A stretch of 64,000 nt of DNA from a virus: IMG/VR virus record IMGVR_UViG_3300020182_000007, one strand, 5' to 3'. The translations under genes and the position numbers were made by a program. The notes beneath the pieces were generated by a model. The model was not told the DNA's origin. It saw only the letters and a list, made by a program, of their open reading frames with translations, and ran no database searches. Positions 62,194 to 64,000 of the stretch are shown here, piece after piece; position 1 is the first letter of the stretch, and each line of letters starts with the position of its first letter.

Positions 62194-63819
62194 TTAAGCT
62201 CCGCAGCTATCACAATCAAGAATGTCTCTTGCAAATGACTGTGCTGAACTTTGACTAAATTGATAATATAGCGTCTTTACTCCCTCTTCGTGTGCATATA
62301 AATACAATTGATTAATATCCTTTGCTGCTACACTTGGGTGAATCATTAAATTTAAAGACTGTGATTGGTCAATAAATTTTTGTCTCTGTGCTGCCTGTAG
62401 AATTAATTCCTTTGGGCTAATTTCAATAAATGATTTAAATACTGCCTTTGTTGGAAAGTCTAAGTGTTGTACACTTCCATCTTTCTTTAAGATGTCCTCC
62501 CATACCTGTGGAGTGTTTAATCCGTATTTCTCTAATTCAGTTATTAAGTGATTATTTTTGTATATTGTCTTGGATTTTGCTAAATCTTTTACGAAATAAT
62601 TAGATTTAATTGGTTCTATTCCCATGCTTACTTGACCTAGAATAAATGAACTACTTTTTGTCGGTGCGATTGCAAGCAAAGTTGAGTTTGCATATCCTGG
62701 TCTAATTGATTTAATATCTTTCTCATCATGTAGCCATCTTGAAGCCTTATCGCTTCTCTCTTTTAGCGTTGAAAATATATCATGGTTAATTGCCTTTGCT
62801 GCTAATGAATTAAATTCAATAAGTTTTGATTGAAATAGTGAATGATATCCAAGTACTCCTAATCCGATAGCTCTGTGCTCTTTTGCAAATCTATGAGCTC
62901 TTGCCATTCCTGGTAAGTTATATGATTTCTTAACAAATTCATCCATTACTGCGTTTAAGAACAGTACGTATGTCTCAATTGCATCAGTTTCTTTAATTTC
63001 ATCCCAGTGTAAAAGATTTAATGAACCTAAACAACAAACAAAAGAATTAAATGAATCTGTTGGTAATTGAATTTCAGAACATAAATTTGAAGCTGTAATT
63101 TCAAGTCCTAATTCTTTATAGGGAGAATTATTATTAGAGTTGTCTTTAAACATGATATATGGAAAACCAAACTCATTGCGCTTTTGAATAACTTTAGCCC
63201 ATACTTTACGTTTATCTGCATCACCATCTTTCATTTCTTGAATCCATTTGTCAGTTACCGTAACTCCATATTGTAGATTTTGAATAGGGTTTCCTTCAGT
63301 TCCAATATCTAAAAATTCTAAAATGTCATTATGTTCTATTGGCAGCCAAGCTGCGCATGCACCTCTTCTTGCTTCGGATTGTTTACATACATCGACAGTA
63401 GTATCATACATTCTAGCATAGTGTACTGGTCCGTCTGCTGTCCCTCCTGTAGAAATACTTGCACCTCGCTCTCTAATGTTTCCTAAATAAACTGAAGTTC
63501 CGCCTCCATATTTTGACATCATTCCAATCTCTCTTGAACCGTTTAAGATACTATCTAATGTGTCATCTACGTTTGATCCATAACAACTGATTGGAAGTCC
63601 TTTATCTTTTCCAAAGTTAATCCAAACTGGAGTTGATAAACTATAAAAACCCCTGGTCATATAATCCTCAAACTTATGCGCAAATCCTTCTATCTTTAAA
63701 TATCTTTCTGCCGTGTTTGCAATGTCCTTAATCCTCTGTTCCGGTGTTTCCGAAATGTAACCTCTAGATAGAAACGTCCTGCTATCCTCGTTTAACCAGT
63801 AATTTTTTTCGTATTTCAT
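62194..63819 (-). CDS. nrdA: class I ribonucleotide reductase alpha subunit, no ATP cone
   Basis: PISCY, SNLCSEI, CCLGSLNL, IAPTKSSS, KTLYY and C-terminal CDSC. Confidence 0.95.
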   Translation of the reverse strand: MKYEKNYWLNEDSRTFLSRGYISETPEQRIKDIANTAERYLKIEGFAHKFEDYMTRGFYSLSTPVWINFGKDKGLPISCYGSNVDDTLDSILNGSREIGMMSKYGGGTSVYLGNIRERGASISTGGTADGPVHYARMYDTTVDVCKQSEARRGACAAWLPIEHNDILEFLDIGTEGNPIQNLQYGVTVTDKWIQEMKDGDADKRKVWAKVIQKRNEFGFPYIMFKDNSNNNSPYKELGLEITASNLCSEIQLPTDSFNSFVCCLGSLNLLHWDEIKETDAIETYVLFLNAVMDEFVKKSYNLPGMARAHRFAKEHRAIGLGVLGYHSLFQSKLIEFNSLAAKAINHDIFSTLKERSDKASRWLHDEKDIKSIRPGYANSTLLAIAPTKSSSFILGQVSMGIEPIKSNYFVKDLAKSKTIYKNNHLITELEKYGLNTPQVWEDILKKDGSVQHLDFPTKAVFKSFIEISPKELILQAAQRQKFIDQSQSLNLMIHPSVAAKDINQLYLYAHEEGVKTLYYQFSQSSAQSFARDILDCDSCGA

Positions 63820-63831
63820 GTGTAATTTTAT

Positions 63832-63999
63832 TTAATTATTGTTATTTCCCCCTTCTGTTTCAATCCATACATGTGCTCCACAACTTAGGGGTTTATCAGG
63901 GCTATACACTACTTTGCTAGGACCTAATATTTTTACTTCATGTGCATATGTATTATCCTTGTATGTTTTACAAGTTAATACAGGATCTTTAACATTGTT
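63832..63999 (-). CDS. partial conserved phage protein (5' end outside the window)
   Basis: ...PVLTCKTYKDNTYAHEVKILGPSKVVYSPDKPLSCGAHVWIET. Confidence 0.7.
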   Translation of the reverse strand, partial: NNVKDPVLTCKTYKDNTYAHEVKILGPSKVVYSPDKPLSCGAHVWIETEGGNNNN

Positions 64000-64000
64000 C

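Noticed and set aside
28847-63819. Inteins or introns in terminase, MCP, helicase, UvsX, NrdA or sheath
   Set aside because: Motifs are contiguous at expected sizes, with no splice-junction or LAGLIDADG signatures; the sheath insertion does not look like an intein.
1-64000. Stop-codon reassignment (alternative genetic code)
   Set aside because: Core genes are full length in code 11 and end in TAA, TAG or TGA; no suppressor tRNA was seen.

Overview
AT-rich 64-kb segment of a large T4-like (myovirus) bacteriophage genome, with almost every gene on the minus strand in standard code 11. The host is probably Bacteroidota, based on a T9SS type-B sorting domain protein and Bacteroidota-like early promoter boxes. 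1-23.4 kb is an accessory region: small-ORF cassettes delimited by a repeated ~78-bp early-promoter element, a tRNA-Ala(TGC) split in its T-loop by a group I intron beside a free-standing HNH-type endonuclease, CCA-adding enzyme, DNA ligase, RimK/retropepsin fusion, a ~950-bp block of structured non-coding RNA, an ECF sigma factor, guanylate kinase, Fpg/Nei glycosylase, DEDDh exonuclease, one intact and one catalytically dead phosphoesterase, and a cargo-less T9SS CTD protein. 23.4-53.2 kb is mainly morphogenesis: tape measure, hub/chaperone pair, tube, sheath, terminase, neck, MCP, protease-scaffold fusion, portal, gp2, gp4, gp55 and gp15, with gp62, rnh and gp44 interspersed. 53.2-64 kb is replication and recombination: gp46, gp47, gp41, UvsX, the C-terminal half of a split PolB, a clamp-like gene and NrdA. 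Most notable inferences: (1) 11 unrelated proteins, including the CCA enzyme and RimK, share a T4-CTS-like N-terminal leader, suggesting a capsid-packaged, injected effector set; (2) three distinct promoter classes (early, GAAAC-N16-ATATAA middle, GATATATA late) matching host sigma, phage ECF sigma and gp55; (3) the T-loop tRNA intron with adjacent endonuclease; (4) the T9SS decoy candidate; (5) a pseudoknotted ~257-nt ncRNA; (6) a protease-site-linked polyprotein. All homology calls are from motif recognition by eye; no searches were run.
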